DNA of 64,000 bases from positions 2,286,011-2,350,010 of the forward strand of contig NC_019977.1 in NCBI RefSeq assembly GCF_000328665.1, given 5' to 3'. The notes beneath the pieces are model-generated. The model was given only the letters and a program-made list of their open reading frames with translations. It was not told the DNA's origin and ran no database searches. Of this stretch, positions 1-10,827 are shown piece after piece (position 1 is the stretch's first letter; each line of letters begins with the position of its first letter). This DNA comes from Methanomethylovorans hollandica DSM 15978 (GTDB lineage: Archaea > Halobacteriota > Methanosarcinia > Methanosarcinales > Methanosarcinaceae). The translations under genes were made by a program, and so were the position numbers.

Positions 1-965
1 ACCCGGGAAATGGACTTTTTCTTCATGATCTGGGCTCCCGTTCCGGTGACACCCATCTCCTTCATGCTGCGAACAGCATCTTCAGGATTTTTAATATCCA
101 GCACAGAGACCTCAAAACCATTCTCTTTTACCACAGGCTGCCTGCTGCGCATGGCTGCTGCAACTTGTACCACATCCATTGTCTGGGGTACATCATGCGT
201 CCTTATGATATGTGCTCCCTTGTGTACCACGATAGCAGTGGCAGCCAGGGTCCCATATAATCTTTCATCTGCCGGCCTGTGCAGCACCGCATCGATACAG
301 GATTTGCGCGATATCGCTGCAAGGAGTGGTTTTTGAAACACTTTCAGCCTTTCAAACTGGTCCATGGTCTCAAAATCATATATAGGGCCTTTTTCCGGCA
401 TCCATCTACCGATGGCAGGGTCCAGTACGAGCTTGCTGGTGTCCATACCTTTTTCATGTGCCTGCCTGATGATACCAGACAGGGAGTCCATTATAGCGTT
501 CATACCTATTGGGTCTCCGGGGATCCTCTCAGTGGCCATGACTACTGCAGGACAGCCGCTTTCCACCAGGACATCCAGCATTCTCTCATCGGCTTTGAAA
601 CCGGAAACATCATTGATCATGTCGGCTCCCAGTTCAAGGGCCTTTTCAGCGATGTCAGCAAACATCGTATCTACAGAAATAAGTGCATCAACGTTATCTT
701 TCAGAATAGCAAGCGCAGGGACGAGCCTTTGCAGTTCTTCTTCCCTGCTTATTACAGGCTTTGCAAGCAGCCACGTGGACCGTGCTCCTATGTCCAGGAT
801 AGTGGCACCGCTGTCTACCATTGCTTGTGCCTTCTCCAGTATGGAGTCTATGTTCACCACAGATGATCTGTAAAAAGACTCCTGGCTGAGGTTTAGAACT
901 CCCATTATCCTTACAGGATGTTCATCACCAACTTTCAAGCCGCAGATATCTGCATCAACGAACAT
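1..965 (-). CDS. folP: Dihydropteroate synthase (partial; 3' end runs off the window)
   Basis: Not in the ORF track. Manual translation from the ATG at 965 gives MFVDADICGLKVGDEHPVRIMGVLNLSQESFY...ILDIGARST, the DHPS N-terminal motifs. Lies downstream of folD. Confidence 0.88.
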   Translation of the reverse strand, partial: MFVDADICGLKVGDEHPVRIMGVLNLSQESFYRSSVVNIDSILEKAQAMVDSGATILDIGARSTWLLAKPVISREEELQRLVPALAILKDNVDALISVDTMFADIAEKALELGADMINDVSGFKADERMLDVLVESGCPAVVMATERIPGDPIGMNAIMDSLSGIIRQAHEKGMDTSKLVLDPAIGRWMPEKGPIYDFETMDQFERLKVFQKPLLAAISRKSCIDAVLHRPADERLYGTLAATAIVVHKGAHIIRTHDVPQTMDVVQVAAAMRSRQPVVKENGFEVSVLDIKNPEDAVRSMKEMGVTGTGAQIMKKKSISR

Positions 966-975
966 TTTTTACCTT

Positions 976-1845
976 TTAGGCTTTACATGTGCCTTTAGCT
1001 GCCATTAGCACATGCTGCATGAGTATGGAGATCGTCATAGGCCCCACACCTCCGGGTACGGGGGTTATAAGGGCGGCTTTCTTGATAACGTTCTCAAAGT
1101 CCACATCACCGTACACTTTTCCATCTTCCTCAGTGATCCCTACATCAAAAACAACAACTCCCTCTTTGACCATCTCGGCCTTGATGAGGTGTTTGACACC
1201 AGTACCAACTACGAGTATGTCAGCATCAAGTGTGTACTGTTTCAGATCCTGGGTGAACACGTGACATACTGAAACTGTGGCATTGCGATTGATCAGCATT
1301 GCAGCCATCGGTTTTCCTACAACATTGCTATGCCCGACAACAACGGCATGCTTGCCCTGTATCTGGATACCATGCTCTTCCATTGCCCGGATAACTCCTT
1401 TGGGAGTGCAGGGCACAAAGCCCTCATTACCTATCAGGAGATTTCCCATGTTGTACGGATGAAAACCATCTGCATCCTTTCCCGGGTCTATGGCCAGCAT
1501 GGCTTCCTTGTCGTTAAGATGTCGTGGAAGAGGTAGTTGCAGTAGTATCCCGTGAATATCTTTCCTCAGGTTGAGCTGCTGAATGTGGGCTATAAGCTCC
1601 TCCTGGGAGATAGAAGCCGGAAGGTTATGGTCTTCTGCATGTATCCCTGTCCTTTCACATGCTTTGTGCTTAAGGCGTACATACATCTTTGAAGCAGGAT
1701 CTTCTCCTACCAGAATGGTGGCAAGGCCAGGAGTTATACCCCTTTCCGCTTTAAGTGCCTCCACACCTTTCTTTACTTCTTCCTCAACCTTCTTTGCAAG
1801 GCTACGCCCATCGATCACCCTTGAACTATATTCCTCTTCCACCAC
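976..1845 (-). CDS. folD: Methylenetetrahydrofolate dehydrogenase/cyclohydrolase
   Basis: Motifs [16 protein letters not shown] and [12 protein letters not shown]. Start moved to the GTG following a GAGGTGA RBS, which avoids overlap with glyA. Confidence 0.95.
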   Translation of the reverse strand: MVEEEYSSRVIDGRSLAKKVEEEVKKGVEALKAERGITPGLATILVGEDPASKMYVRLKHKACERTGIHAEDHNLPASISQEELIAHIQQLNLRKDIHGILLQLPLPRHLNDKEAMLAIDPGKDADGFHPYNMGNLLIGNEGFVPCTPKGVIRAMEEHGIQIQGKHAVVVGHSNVVGKPMAAMLINRNATVSVCHVFTQDLKQYTLDADILVVGTGVKHLIKAEMVKEGVVVFDVGITEEDGKVYGDVDFENVIKKAALITPVPGGVGPMTISILMQHVLMAAKGTCKA

Positions 1846-1858
1846 TCCTTTCACCTCT

Positions 1859-3094
1859 TTACTTATATATAGGGAACCTGCTGCAGAGCTGTTCCACATC
1901 AGAGCTGATCTCCATTAGTGCCTTATCGTTGCCAATATTGAGGATCACGTTCTCTATGAATCCTGCAATGTCCACCATTTCCATTTCTTTCATGCCTCTG
2001 GTGGTTGCAGCGGGGGTACCTATCCTTATTCCACTGGTAATGAAAGGACTTCTAGTCTCAAAAGGTATAGTGTTCTTGTTGAGGATGATGCCTGCCTTGC
2101 TCATGGCTGCTTCCGCATCTTTTCCAGTTATATTGAACTTATTGAGGTTCAGGAGCATTACGTGGTTATCCGTTCCTCCCGAAACGATATTGAAATCCCT
2201 CTCAATAAGGCTCTCAGCAAGCATCTTCGCGTTCCTGACTGTCTGTTCCTGGTCCTGCTTGAACTCTTTGCTCTGTGCTTCCTTGAAGGCTACAGCCTTT
2301 GCAGCTATCACATGCATAAGGGGGCCACCCTGTATTCCCGGAAATATGGCCTTATCAACGGCTTTTGCATATTCTTCCCTGCACATGACCATTCCACCTC
2401 TTGGCCCACGCAGGGTCTTATGAGTGGTGGTTGTCACGAAATCAGCATAAGGGACAGGACTTGGATGAGCGCCGGCTGCCACAAGTCCGGCAATGTGGGC
2501 GATATCGGCCAGCAGATATGCGCCAGCTTCATCAGCTATCTCTCTGAAGCTCTTGAAGTCAAGGGTGCGGGAATAAGCAGAAGCTCCGCACACGATCATT
2601 TTTGGTTTTGTCTGCTTTGCCATCGCCAGAAGTTCATCGTAATCTAATGCCTCTGTTTCCCTGGATACTCCATAGGGTACTATGTTGTAAAGCTGGCCGG
2701 CGAAATTGACAGGGCTTCCGTGTGACAGATGGCCTCCGTGTGAAAGGTCCATGGACATTATGGTATCCCCGGGTTTAAGTACGGAGAAGTATACGCCCAT
2801 ATTGGCACCTGAACCGGAGTGAGGTTGCACGTTCACGTGTTCTGCACCGAATATGGCCTTTGCTCTCTCCCTTGCGAGGTCCTCGGCAATGTCTACAAAT
2901 TCACAACCACCATAGTATCTCTTACCCGGATAACCTTCAGCATATTTGTTAGTCATTATCGAGCCCTGTGCTTCCATAACCGCACGGCTCGTATAGTTCT
3001 CAGATGCTATCAGGTTGAGTTTGTAGTCCTGGCGGTTCGCTTCAAGCTTTAGCGCTTCGGCGATCTCGGGGTCTATCTCTGAAATATAGGACAT
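1859..3094 (-). CDS. glyA: Serine hydroxymethyltransferase
   Basis: Motifs [23 protein letters not shown] and [14 protein letters not shown] (PLP lysine). Confidence 0.97.
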   Translation of the reverse strand: MSYISEIDPEIAEALKLEANRQDYKLNLIASENYTSRAVMEAQGSIMTNKYAEGYPGKRYYGGCEFVDIAEDLARERAKAIFGAEHVNVQPHSGSGANMGVYFSVLKPGDTIMSMDLSHGGHLSHGSPVNFAGQLYNIVPYGVSRETEALDYDELLAMAKQTKPKMIVCGASAYSRTLDFKSFREIADEAGAYLLADIAHIAGLVAAGAHPSPVPYADFVTTTTHKTLRGPRGGMVMCREEYAKAVDKAIFPGIQGGPLMHVIAAKAVAFKEAQSKEFKQDQEQTVRNAKMLAESLIERDFNIVSGGTDNHVMLLNLNKFNITGKDAEAAMSKAGIILNKNTIPFETRSPFITSGIRIGTPAATTRGMKEMEMVDIAGFIENVILNIGNDKALMEISSDVEQLCSRFPIYK

Positions 3095-3124
3095 GCTATC
3101 ATCCACTTATAAGCTTTTTTAAGG

Positions 3125-3739
3125 TTAGTTCTCTCTGCGTAGTACAATCCTGCCATCCACTTTAAGTTTACCCTCAGTGAACAGTTTTATTGCTTCAGGG
3201 AATATCCTGTGTTCCTGCTCCAGTATCCGGGAGGCAAGCGTGCTTTCTGTGTCATTGTCTTTTACAGATACACAGCTCTGAAGGATTATAGGTCCGCTAT
3301 CCACTCCTTCGTCTACGAAATGTACAGTGCAGCCAGCGACCTTGACACCATATTCAAGTGCCTGTCTGGGACCATGCAGACCTTTAAAGGAAGGGAGCAG
3401 TGCAGGATGTATGTTCATGATCCTATCTCTGTATGCCCGGATAACTTCACTCCCTAAGATCCTCATGTATCCTGCCAGAAGCACCAGATCCACATTATAA
3501 TCCTTCAATGTTGCAATTATCTTTTCTTCGAATCCCATCTTACTTTCATAAGCGTGCGGATCTATAAAAACAGCATTTATACCATACATCTTTGCACGCT
3601 CGAGAGCGAAAGCGTCTTTCACATCACTGATGACCACGCTGAGCTTTATGTCTTTTAAATAGCCGCTTTCCACATGGTCAATAATAGACTGAAGGTTAGA
3701 ACCTCTGCCTGATACTAAAACTCCTATATTGGTGGTCAT
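3125..3739 (-). CDS. purN: Phosphoribosylglycinamide formyltransferase
   Basis: Motifs SGRGSNL, NIHPALLP and GCTVHFVDEGVDSGPII. Confidence 0.96.
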   Translation of the reverse strand: MTTNIGVLVSGRGSNLQSIIDHVESGYLKDIKLSVVISDVKDAFALERAKMYGINAVFIDPHAYESKMGFEEKIIATLKDYNVDLVLLAGYMRILGSEVIRAYRDRIMNIHPALLPSFKGLHGPRQALEYGVKVAGCTVHFVDEGVDSGPIILQSCVSVKDNDTESTLASRILEQEHRIFPEAIKLFTEGKLKVDGRIVLRREN

Positions 3740-3807
3740 TATAGGCTCTTAAAGTATCTCTATATTATTAGATTTTTGGATTTGGTTCACAACTGAAATA
3801 AAAAACA

Positions 3808-4770
3808 TCAATGTTTTTTATATTTTGTTTTCTCGTCAATGAGGCTTACAAACTCCTCTGGTCCGGCCATTCTATCCAGTTCTTTTTCTTCGATGAGAAC
3901 TGTGTTCTCTACAGTTTCTGACTTGGTCGGACCTTTTATTATAAACACGGACCTTGTCTGCGTTACACAGGAGATGCTGCTCATCAGATCAGCTCGTTTT
4001 ATCATCGCACTGCTGTACGTGCTGACCCCTGTAAGCATTGTATCGTGATTATCTTTGGATATTGCTTTGAAAGGCGCCTGAGATGTCGAAACTACCTGGT
4101 ATCCCAGGGAATGCAGCATATCAAGAACATTATCCTCTTGAGGGTATTTCTTTTCCTCAATTGGCATTGGCGGTTCCTTGAGTTTCTTCTCAAAAGCCTG
4201 CAATATATCTATGGATTTTGCAAGTGCAACATCCAGCAACTCCTCAAGATGTAACACTACATCTATGGACGCATCCATCCCACCTTCTTCATATTTGCTG
4301 ATGGTCCTTCTGGAAACTCCCAGCTCAGTAGCAAGGGTTCCGAGGGACATTGCCTGCTTTGTACGTGCTTCTTTCAGTACGTCCCCATCTATTGACACAT
4401 ACAACCCTCCGGGTGCTGCAGCCACAAGTGGAGGTACGTTTTCCACAAAGTAATCATAAAGGGTCTGCACATTAACAGCAGGTATGTCATATCGCATGTA
4501 CACTACACTATCTTCAAGCATCTGGTCCCGGGTTTTGGCACCCACAAGAATGGCTGAACCGCCCAGATATCGCGCAAGTGCTTTCATCTCATGGGCTGTT
4601 TCTTCGTTCAGCCCATCTATATTGTACAATACTTTGCAGAAAAGCAGGATGTTATCTTTCCTTGCAGCAAGATCAAAACTCCTCGGCCTGATGTTACAGC
4701 GTTTTGAAACGATGAAGTTCGCCTGTTTCAGTACATCTACTATCTGATGTATGAGGATGTCTTTTGTCAT
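3808..4770 (-). CDS. Conserved archaeal XRE-HTH transcriptional regulator
   Basis: Central HTH (LATELGVSRRTISKYEEG) flanked by nuclease-like domains. Divergent from tiaS, as is common in euryarchaea. Confidence 0.8.
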   Translation of the reverse strand: MTKDILIHQIVDVLKQANFIVSKRCNIRPRSFDLAARKDNILLFCKVLYNIDGLNEETAHEMKALARYLGGSAILVGAKTRDQMLEDSVVYMRYDIPAVNVQTLYDYFVENVPPLVAAAPGGLYVSIDGDVLKEARTKQAMSLGTLATELGVSRRTISKYEEGGMDASIDVVLHLEELLDVALAKSIDILQAFEKKLKEPPMPIEEKKYPQEDNVLDMLHSLGYQVVSTSQAPFKAISKDNHDTMLTGVSTYSSAMIKRADLMSSISCVTQTRSVFIIKGPTKSETVENTVLIEEKELDRMAGPEEFVSLIDEKTKYKKH

Positions 4771-4897
4771 GACTAATTGAAGGTTGTTTGCGCATCTATA
4801 TGTATTTATCCTATTCTGTTGTCCTTAACTCATTTATCCTGCAGAAAACTTAATTGCATGCAACTCATCAATAACCAAAATTATCAAGGTCAACACC

Positions 4898-6181
4898 ATG
4901 ATCATAGGCATAGATGATACGGATTCAAGGGAAGGTATGTGTACAACATATCTGGGAGCCCTGCTCATGGAAGAACTGCAACATTACGGCAGCATGCAGG
5001 AGCTTCCTATTCTTGTCCGCCTCAACCCCACTATCCCTTACAAGACCAGAGGCAACGCATGTGTAGGCATTAATATAGCAACCTCTTGTCCGGATAAAGT
5101 TATGGAACACGTTATTTCCAGGGTCTCTGAAATGTCAGCGATGGAATGCGAAATGACAAATCCGGGGGTTGTCTTTGTACAGGATGATGAAGCTAACAGG
5201 GTCAAGGATACACTGGGTACTTTTTTCCTGCGCGCTGTAAGAACAGTCCTTTCCATCGAAGAGGCAAAATCCATAATTGCTGAAACCGGCCTGCAGGCCC
5301 GAGGGTTCAAGAATGGTCGAGGTCTCATTGGCGCGCTGGCTGCCTGTGGTGCCATGCTGAACCCCGGATGGGACCACACATTTGAGTATCTTGCCTATAG
5401 GCAAAGGGGCAAATGGGGTACCCCCAGAAACGTGGATAAAGACAGCTTCTTTGTTGCTGATGATGCAACTTATCCAGCTACATGGGACACCGTGGATGTG
5501 TCAAATGGACTTGTAGTGTGCGTACCTCATTCTCCGGACCCGGTGCTATATGGTATTAGGGGAAGGGATCCGGATGTGGTGAAAAGGACAGCGGGAATGA
5601 TCATCTCAGAACCCCTGGAAAGATCGTGCATATACTGCACTAACCAGGGAACTGATATGCATTTGATACCCATTGACAGTATATCCGGAATCAAAGAGAT
5701 GCAATCATATATTGTTTCAGGGTCTGTTTCATGTGACCCATTTACGATACCCGGAGGGCATACCATCTTCTCTATATCTGATAATAGCGGATCTTCTGTA
5801 GAATGTGCGGCTTTTGAACCAACCAAGGATTTCAGATCACTGGTGCGCAAACTCATCCAGGGAGATGCTATAAAGGTTTATGGCAGCTTTATGAATAAAT
5901 CTCTTAACATCGAAAAGATAGAGATTGTTTCCCTTGCACCGTTGGTGTTTACTCATAATCCCGAATGTGCTTCCTGCGGAAAAAGGATGGAATCAGCAGG
6001 CAGAGGACAGGGGTACAGATGCAGAAAATGTGGCACAAGATCATCTTCTTTGGTGCAGATACAACAAAAAAGAGACATTGAGCCCGGTATGTATGAGGTG
6101 CCTCCTTGTGCCCGCAGGCATCTGGCAAAACCACTTGTCAGGATGCAAACCCCACAATCAAAAATATTTCCCTTCAGATGA
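4898..6181 (+). CDS. tiaS: tRNA(Ile2) agmatinylcytidine synthetase
   Basis: IGIDDTDS..GMCTT, RLNPTIPYKTRGN, an OB fold and a C-terminal Zn ribbon; ends in RRHLAKP. Confidence 0.93.
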   Translation: MIIGIDDTDSREGMCTTYLGALLMEELQHYGSMQELPILVRLNPTIPYKTRGNACVGINIATSCPDKVMEHVISRVSEMSAMECEMTNPGVVFVQDDEANRVKDTLGTFFLRAVRTVLSIEEAKSIIAETGLQARGFKNGRGLIGALAACGAMLNPGWDHTFEYLAYRQRGKWGTPRNVDKDSFFVADDATYPATWDTVDVSNGLVVCVPHSPDPVLYGIRGRDPDVVKRTAGMIISEPLERSCIYCTNQGTDMHLIPIDSISGIKEMQSYIVSGSVSCDPFTIPGGHTIFSISDNSGSSVECAAFEPTKDFRSLVRKLIQGDAIKVYGSFMNKSLNIEKIEIVSLAPLVFTHNPECASCGKRMESAGRGQGYRCRKCGTRSSSLVQIQQKRDIEPGMYEVPPCARRHLAKPLVRMQTPQSKIFPFR

Positions 6182-6185
6182 TCTC

Positions 6186-6965
6186 TCATCTCAAATGTTC
6201 AAGATCTGCTATAGGGGGCGTTCTCAGCTTGTGGGCATTCATTTTGATCCTGCGCATCACTGAATCGGCCTGCTCCCCTGTAATGCCCACAGTGTTCCGT
6301 ACGACCTCAGTTGCCGTTCCTTCAAGCAGCAGTGAAAGGAAACGATCCACTTCTTTATATGTGATACCCAGTTCTTTTTCATCGGTCTGGCCACTCCAGA
6401 GACCAGCAGAAGGTGCCTTATTGATGATGGATTCAGGAACTCCCATCAAGGCCGCAAGCTCCCACACGTCAGTCTTATACAGGTCCCCAAGAGGCAGCAT
6501 GTCTGCTCCTCCATCGCCATACTTTGTGAAATAACCCAGCAACAGTTCTGTTTTATTACCTGTGCCTATGACTATCCTGTTGAGCATGTTGGCATGGTAA
6601 TACAGCACTGACATCCGGATGCGGGCCTTAAGGTTCCCTTTTGCATGGGTAGTGGCCTTATCTCCTTCCGGAATGTTCTCAAGGTAAGCTGTGAGCATAT
6701 CTGAGATACCTATGGCACTGAACTCTATGCCTAATCTATGTGCCACCTCGGTCGCATCAAGGACATCCTCCGCAGGTGTGAAGTTGAGTTCCGGAAGGTG
6801 TATACCCAGTACTTTATCCTTGCCCAGAGCTTCAGCAGCTAAATATGCTGCCAGTGCAGAATCGATACCCCCACTTATACCAAGGACAACTCCCTCTGCA
6901 TTTGCTTCATGTACCTTTTCTCTGATGAACTCTACGATTACTTCCCTTGCTTTCTCTGTGTCCAT
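6186..6965 (-). CDS. nadE: NH3-dependent NAD+ synthetase
   Basis: Motifs GISGGIDS, NLKARIRM, GYFTKYGDGGAD and KAPSAGL. An alternative start lies at 6989. Confidence 0.95.
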   Translation of the reverse strand: MDTEKAREVIVEFIREKVHEANAEGVVLGISGGIDSALAAYLAAEALGKDKVLGIHLPELNFTPAEDVLDATEVAHRLGIEFSAIGISDMLTAYLENIPEGDKATTHAKGNLKARIRMSVLYYHANMLNRIVIGTGNKTELLLGYFTKYGDGGADMLPLGDLYKTDVWELAALMGVPESIINKAPSAGLWSGQTDEKELGITYKEVDRFLSLLLEGTATEVVRNTVGITGEQADSVMRRIKMNAHKLRTPPIADLEHLR

Positions 6966-7093
6966 GTTCCCGTCCTCTATATTTTCCACAAATATGATCC
7001 TCTATTGTGTTTCTTTTCTTATTGCTGCATCTTAATTAAAATAAAGTTTCCCGCTCAAAGGTTTAATCTATCTGGAAGTTCTAATGCAGCTGC

Positions 7094-7573
7094 ATGCCTA
7101 TTTATATAGCCGACTCTGCTGTCTTCATAATGGGAAAACCAGTTGATGCCATCTATACCATTACTGTTCCTTCAGTAGTGGATGAGCTCAAAAGCAGTGA
7201 GTCAAGGCTGCGCTTTGACCTTGCCAGGGAACAGGGTCTGGGAGTAGAAATACCCTCCAAGGAAGCGCTTGAAAGGGTTGCAGAGGTTTCTGGTGTATCT
7301 AAGGATCATGAGGAGTTATCCCTCACTGACATTGAAGTGCTTGCCAAGGCTTATGATCTCAAGGAAGAAGCGGTGCTCCTCACCGACGATTACGCAGTGC
7401 AGAATGTTGCCAGTATGCTGGGCATAAAAGTCGAGCCTGTTGTTCAGAAGAAGATAAAGGACGTGCTCATATGGCAGAAGGTCTGTATTGGATGTAAGAG
7501 GAAGTTCGATTCAGGAGATATATGTCCCGTATGTGGCTCTCCTATGAGAAAAGGACGCAAAAGAAAATTATAA
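7094..7573 (+). CDS. nob1: Nob1-family PIN endonuclease with Zn ribbon
   Basis: PIN motifs IADS, LSLTD and LLTDDYAVQN, plus CxxC...CPVCGS. Confidence 0.88.
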   Translation: MPIYIADSAVFIMGKPVDAIYTITVPSVVDELKSSESRLRFDLAREQGLGVEIPSKEALERVAEVSGVSKDHEELSLTDIEVLAKAYDLKEEAVLLTDDYAVQNVASMLGIKVEPVVQKKIKDVLIWQKVCIGCKRKFDSGDICPVCGSPMRKGRKRKL

Positions 7574-7653
7574 CAATACTTGTATATGTATTAATGACAT
7601 CTTTATAGACTACATTTCAGAATACCTTTAAAAATATCACAGGCAGGGATCAT

Positions 7654-8265
7654 ATGAAGAATATAGATAATCTGATTCAGAAAGCAGTGGAGTTACAGTC
7701 CAACGGGCTTACCTCAAGGCAAATAGCAGATGAGCTTAACGTTTCCAGGGACACTGTGACCTGGCTTCTCACCCGTGCAAAGAAAGATCTTAGCACACCT
7801 GCACCCAAGGACATTTCTGTGAACTGGGCAAACATAGGCAAGAACGCTTACAGGCTGCGTAACATTTCAAAAGTGCTCTGTGATTTGGTATTGGAGACCC
7901 TGGACCAGACAGAAGATGATGTTGACCTTATTGTAGGTATCGGGCTTAGCGGTGTGCCGTTAGCGAGCCTTATGGCAGAAGAGCTAGGTACAGACCTTGC
8001 AATATTCCATGCACATTATGATCCGGCTGATGACAGGAGCCTGAAAGGCGATTTCAGCGGGAATTTCAGTACTGTAGGGGGTAAGAAATGTGTTATTGTG
8101 GATGATGTGATCACTAGTGGATCCACCATGACAGGGGTGGTCAAACGCATCCATGAAGAAGGCGGCAAACCCGTTGCAATAGCCGTCCTGGTGGATAAGA
8201 AAGGCGCTGAGGTCATTTCAGACGTGCCTGTAAGGCCATTGGTACGCATAGTCCGTGTAGACTGA
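7654..8265 (+). CDS. Orotate phosphoribosyltransferase-like protein with N-terminal HTH (GfcR-like regulator)
   Basis: [19 protein letters not shown] plus PRT motif [12 protein letters not shown]. Confidence 0.85.
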   Translation: MKNIDNLIQKAVELQSNGLTSRQIADELNVSRDTVTWLLTRAKKDLSTPAPKDISVNWANIGKNAYRLRNISKVLCDLVLETLDQTEDDVDLIVGIGLSGVPLASLMAEELGTDLAIFHAHYDPADDRSLKGDFSGNFSTVGGKKCVIVDDVITSGSTMTGVVKRIHEEGGKPVAIAVLVDKKGAEVISDVPVRPLVRIVRVD

Positions 8266-8311
8266 TGGATAAGTAAATATAATTAGAAATGAGTGCAGTT
8301 GGAAGTGATAT

Positions 8312-10435
8312 TTATTCTACTTCCACTGCTCCTATCTTTTCTGCAAGTTTTGCCAATACCTGGGTACGCATCCCTTCTACGAACTTTATGCTGCCCACCA
8401 CCAGGTGCCCTCCTCCGTTGACACCACCGCCTTCTATCTCGTCATGCAGTTCTCTGACCATTTTTGGTATGTTCATCTTGACATACTTGGATCTGATCAC
8501 AGCAAAGTCAGGACCATATCCCAGAGTGACTACTGGCTGACCTTCGTATTTTTTACAAAGTCTGTCATGCACCTCACCGGATGTTTTTCCGGGTGGCGGG
8601 AATGTGAATTTGTGGGCATGGTTCTCTACATCCAGCACGTTCAGTATGGCACCATTGGGAAGCTTCTGGGCCTTAACATGTGCCATGCATGCTTCAAGCT
8701 GCTCGTTGATCATGCCGTTGGCCTGCTCGCAGAACAGGCTGACAAGTTTCCTATGTGTGTTATGATCTTTCAAATCCAGTATATCGTCAACTATGCCTCT
8801 GCCACTGCTGAATTTGAGCCAGTAGGCTGCATAGTCAAGTGCAAGTGCCATATCCTTCAGGTCCTGCAATGAATACCTGTCGGATACCAGCTTAATATAA
8901 TCTCTTGCCTCCTCTGAATCTGCACGGTCACCCACACCGGCAACAGCAGGCAGGTGCAGTATCTCTTTTTCAATATCCGGATTTATCATACGGGCAACTT
9001 CAGTACAAAGCATGCCTGCAGTTATACTGTAATCTCCCCCCACATGTGCAGGATTGACATGAGCTTTAAGGAACTGATCAACTTCCTTGTCAGGATGGTG
9101 ATGGTCAACGACAACCATCTCAATATCGTATACCTGAGCTATTCTGAAAGAAGGCAGATCTTCAAGGGTAGAACCATTGTCCACACTTACGACCAGGGGC
9201 ATTTTCTGCCCGTGCCTGACGGTATCTTCCAAAGCAAAAGAAACATCACGGGTAACGTCTGTCAGTTCATAGAAAGGAGCCTTTGAGGGAGCTCTTTTGT
9301 AGAAATAATATTCACCATCAGTACCGTTAACTTCTTTTATAAGTGGGAGTATGGCTTTTTCGATGGCAACCGCCGCGGTCATACCGTCGGCATCGGCATG
9401 ATGTCTCAGGAGAATGGGCTTTGACTTGATGACAGCTTTGCGTATTTCTTTTGCTACCTCTTTCATAGCCGGCCTGAGCTTCTCCAGCACATCGCTCTTA
9501 ACCAGGAACTCGATATAATGAGGCTCAGCCCTTCTGTCTATTGCATCTTCTATACGTGTCCTTATTATTTTTTCCTTGTCGCCCGTCAACCTTCTCATGC
9601 TGCGGACCTCAAGCTGGACATTCTCTCCTCTCAGCTGGACTTCTCCTGTAACAGATACTATCATATCAGCATCTATGTGCGGATATGCTCTCTCTCCAGC
9701 ACTTTCAAACGCCGCAGCAGATATTTGACCTGTCTCATCATCGATGGTAAATATGGTCGGGCCCGCCGTTTGCTTTACCTGGATCACCTCTCCATGGACT
9801 CTGACCGTCTTGCCCACGTTTTCGGAGAGCTTGGAGGAGTTAAACTCAGGAAGCTCTTTCTCAAGATCCACTGTCTGGTAGGTGCTGATGTTTCTGGGAA
9901 TGAGGTCCAATTTGTTATTGTTCCTTATCTCCTTCACACTCACCACAAGGCTGTCCCCGATCCGGGGTATTTCTTTAATGTTGCTCGAATGGATAAGCCC
10001 TCTCATTTTTGAGTTGATATCAACGAAGGTCCCAAAGGCAACATTGCTATTCACTACGCAATGGTACAATTTTCCCATCTCTATCTCGTCAATTGTACAG
10101 GAGTCATCGAGGTTGTATACTATCTGCTTCTTACTGCAGCCTTCACATACTTCTTCTCCGTCCACAAGTTTATCTATGGCTGTGCCGCATGTGATACAAG
10201 AGTACATAACGCCTTTTCCTTTGCATTTACTGCAAGCATCTTTTTCTTCTATTTCTCCGGTCCCTCCGCATTTTGGGCATCCTGGACCACTGCTGAGGAA
10301 ATTTGTAACATCTTTCTCGGAGAGTTTCATAAAATCTATTGATTTTGACTTCCCGCTGCCTTTGCACTCCGGGCATTTCTTCGAGGAGGTAACAATGTAT
10401 CCCTTTCCCTCGCACTCTTGACATCTTTCGCTCAT
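8312..10435 (-). CDS. Archaeal RecJ-like DHH nuclease with DnaJ-type Zn finger, S1 and OB domains (HAN/RecJ3-like)
   Basis: Four CxxCxGxG repeats, S1 and OB folds, HHADADG, VDHHH and C-terminal GGGH. Confidence 0.88.
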   Translation of the reverse strand: MSERCQECEGKGYIVTSSKKCPECKGSGKSKSIDFMKLSEKDVTNFLSSGPGCPKCGGTGEIEEKDACSKCKGKGVMYSCITCGTAIDKLVDGEEVCEGCSKKQIVYNLDDSCTIDEIEMGKLYHCVVNSNVAFGTFVDINSKMRGLIHSSNIKEIPRIGDSLVVSVKEIRNNNKLDLIPRNISTYQTVDLEKELPEFNSSKLSENVGKTVRVHGEVIQVKQTAGPTIFTIDDETGQISAAAFESAGERAYPHIDADMIVSVTGEVQLRGENVQLEVRSMRRLTGDKEKIIRTRIEDAIDRRAEPHYIEFLVKSDVLEKLRPAMKEVAKEIRKAVIKSKPILLRHHADADGMTAAVAIEKAILPLIKEVNGTDGEYYFYKRAPSKAPFYELTDVTRDVSFALEDTVRHGQKMPLVVSVDNGSTLEDLPSFRIAQVYDIEMVVVDHHHPDKEVDQFLKAHVNPAHVGGDYSITAGMLCTEVARMINPDIEKEILHLPAVAGVGDRADSEEARDYIKLVSDRYSLQDLKDMALALDYAAYWLKFSSGRGIVDDILDLKDHNTHRKLVSLFCEQANGMINEQLEACMAHVKAQKLPNGAILNVLDVENHAHKFTFPPPGKTSGEVHDRLCKKYEGQPVVTLGYGPDFAVIRSKYVKMNIPKMVRELHDEIEGGGVNGGGHLVVGSIKFVEGMRTQVLAKLAEKIGAVEVE

Positions 10436-10599
10436 TTTATCATGCTTTAAATGTAATATGTGGGATTTATTTCTTTGGTCTCCAAGTTGTAAATTATATG
10501 TAAAAATCTATAGCAAGCCATACCTGGCATTATTTGTGCGAGTTTGCAATTTCACACAACAAAATCAATCAGATTAATAAATCATGAAACCATCTTATT

Positions 10600-10690
10600 A
10601 TTTGTTGGGTCTGAAATCCAGAAAAATGTTTGCTTTCATACTTTCGTGTACATCCCCCTCAAACAAGTGCTTCGGACCCAAGCTCCTTTT
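10600..10690 (+). ncRNA. Candidate hairpin small RNA
   Basis: 11-bp outer stem (10605-15/10671-81), 6-bp inner stem, followed by a T-tract. G-U pairs favour the + strand. Confidence 0.35.
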
Positions 10691-10827
10691 TGTACTATCT
10701 TAATTATTATAATATAATCTTTTTATCATGAGCGATCACCATTAACTTTTTAACATGTACTAACCCTTTACTTATAAACGAACATTATCAAGCAAGCAAC
10801 TATTCTAGCGCTTGAATGGGAGATATT

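Noticed and set aside
10..873. + strand ORFs at 10-873 and the many antisense ORFs in the track
   Set aside because: They are shadows of well-supported genes on the opposite strand (here folP).
10600..10690. H/ACA guide RNA on the minus strand (stem followed by ACA)
   Set aside because: No clean K-turn could be drawn, and wobble pairs plus the T-tract favour the + strand.
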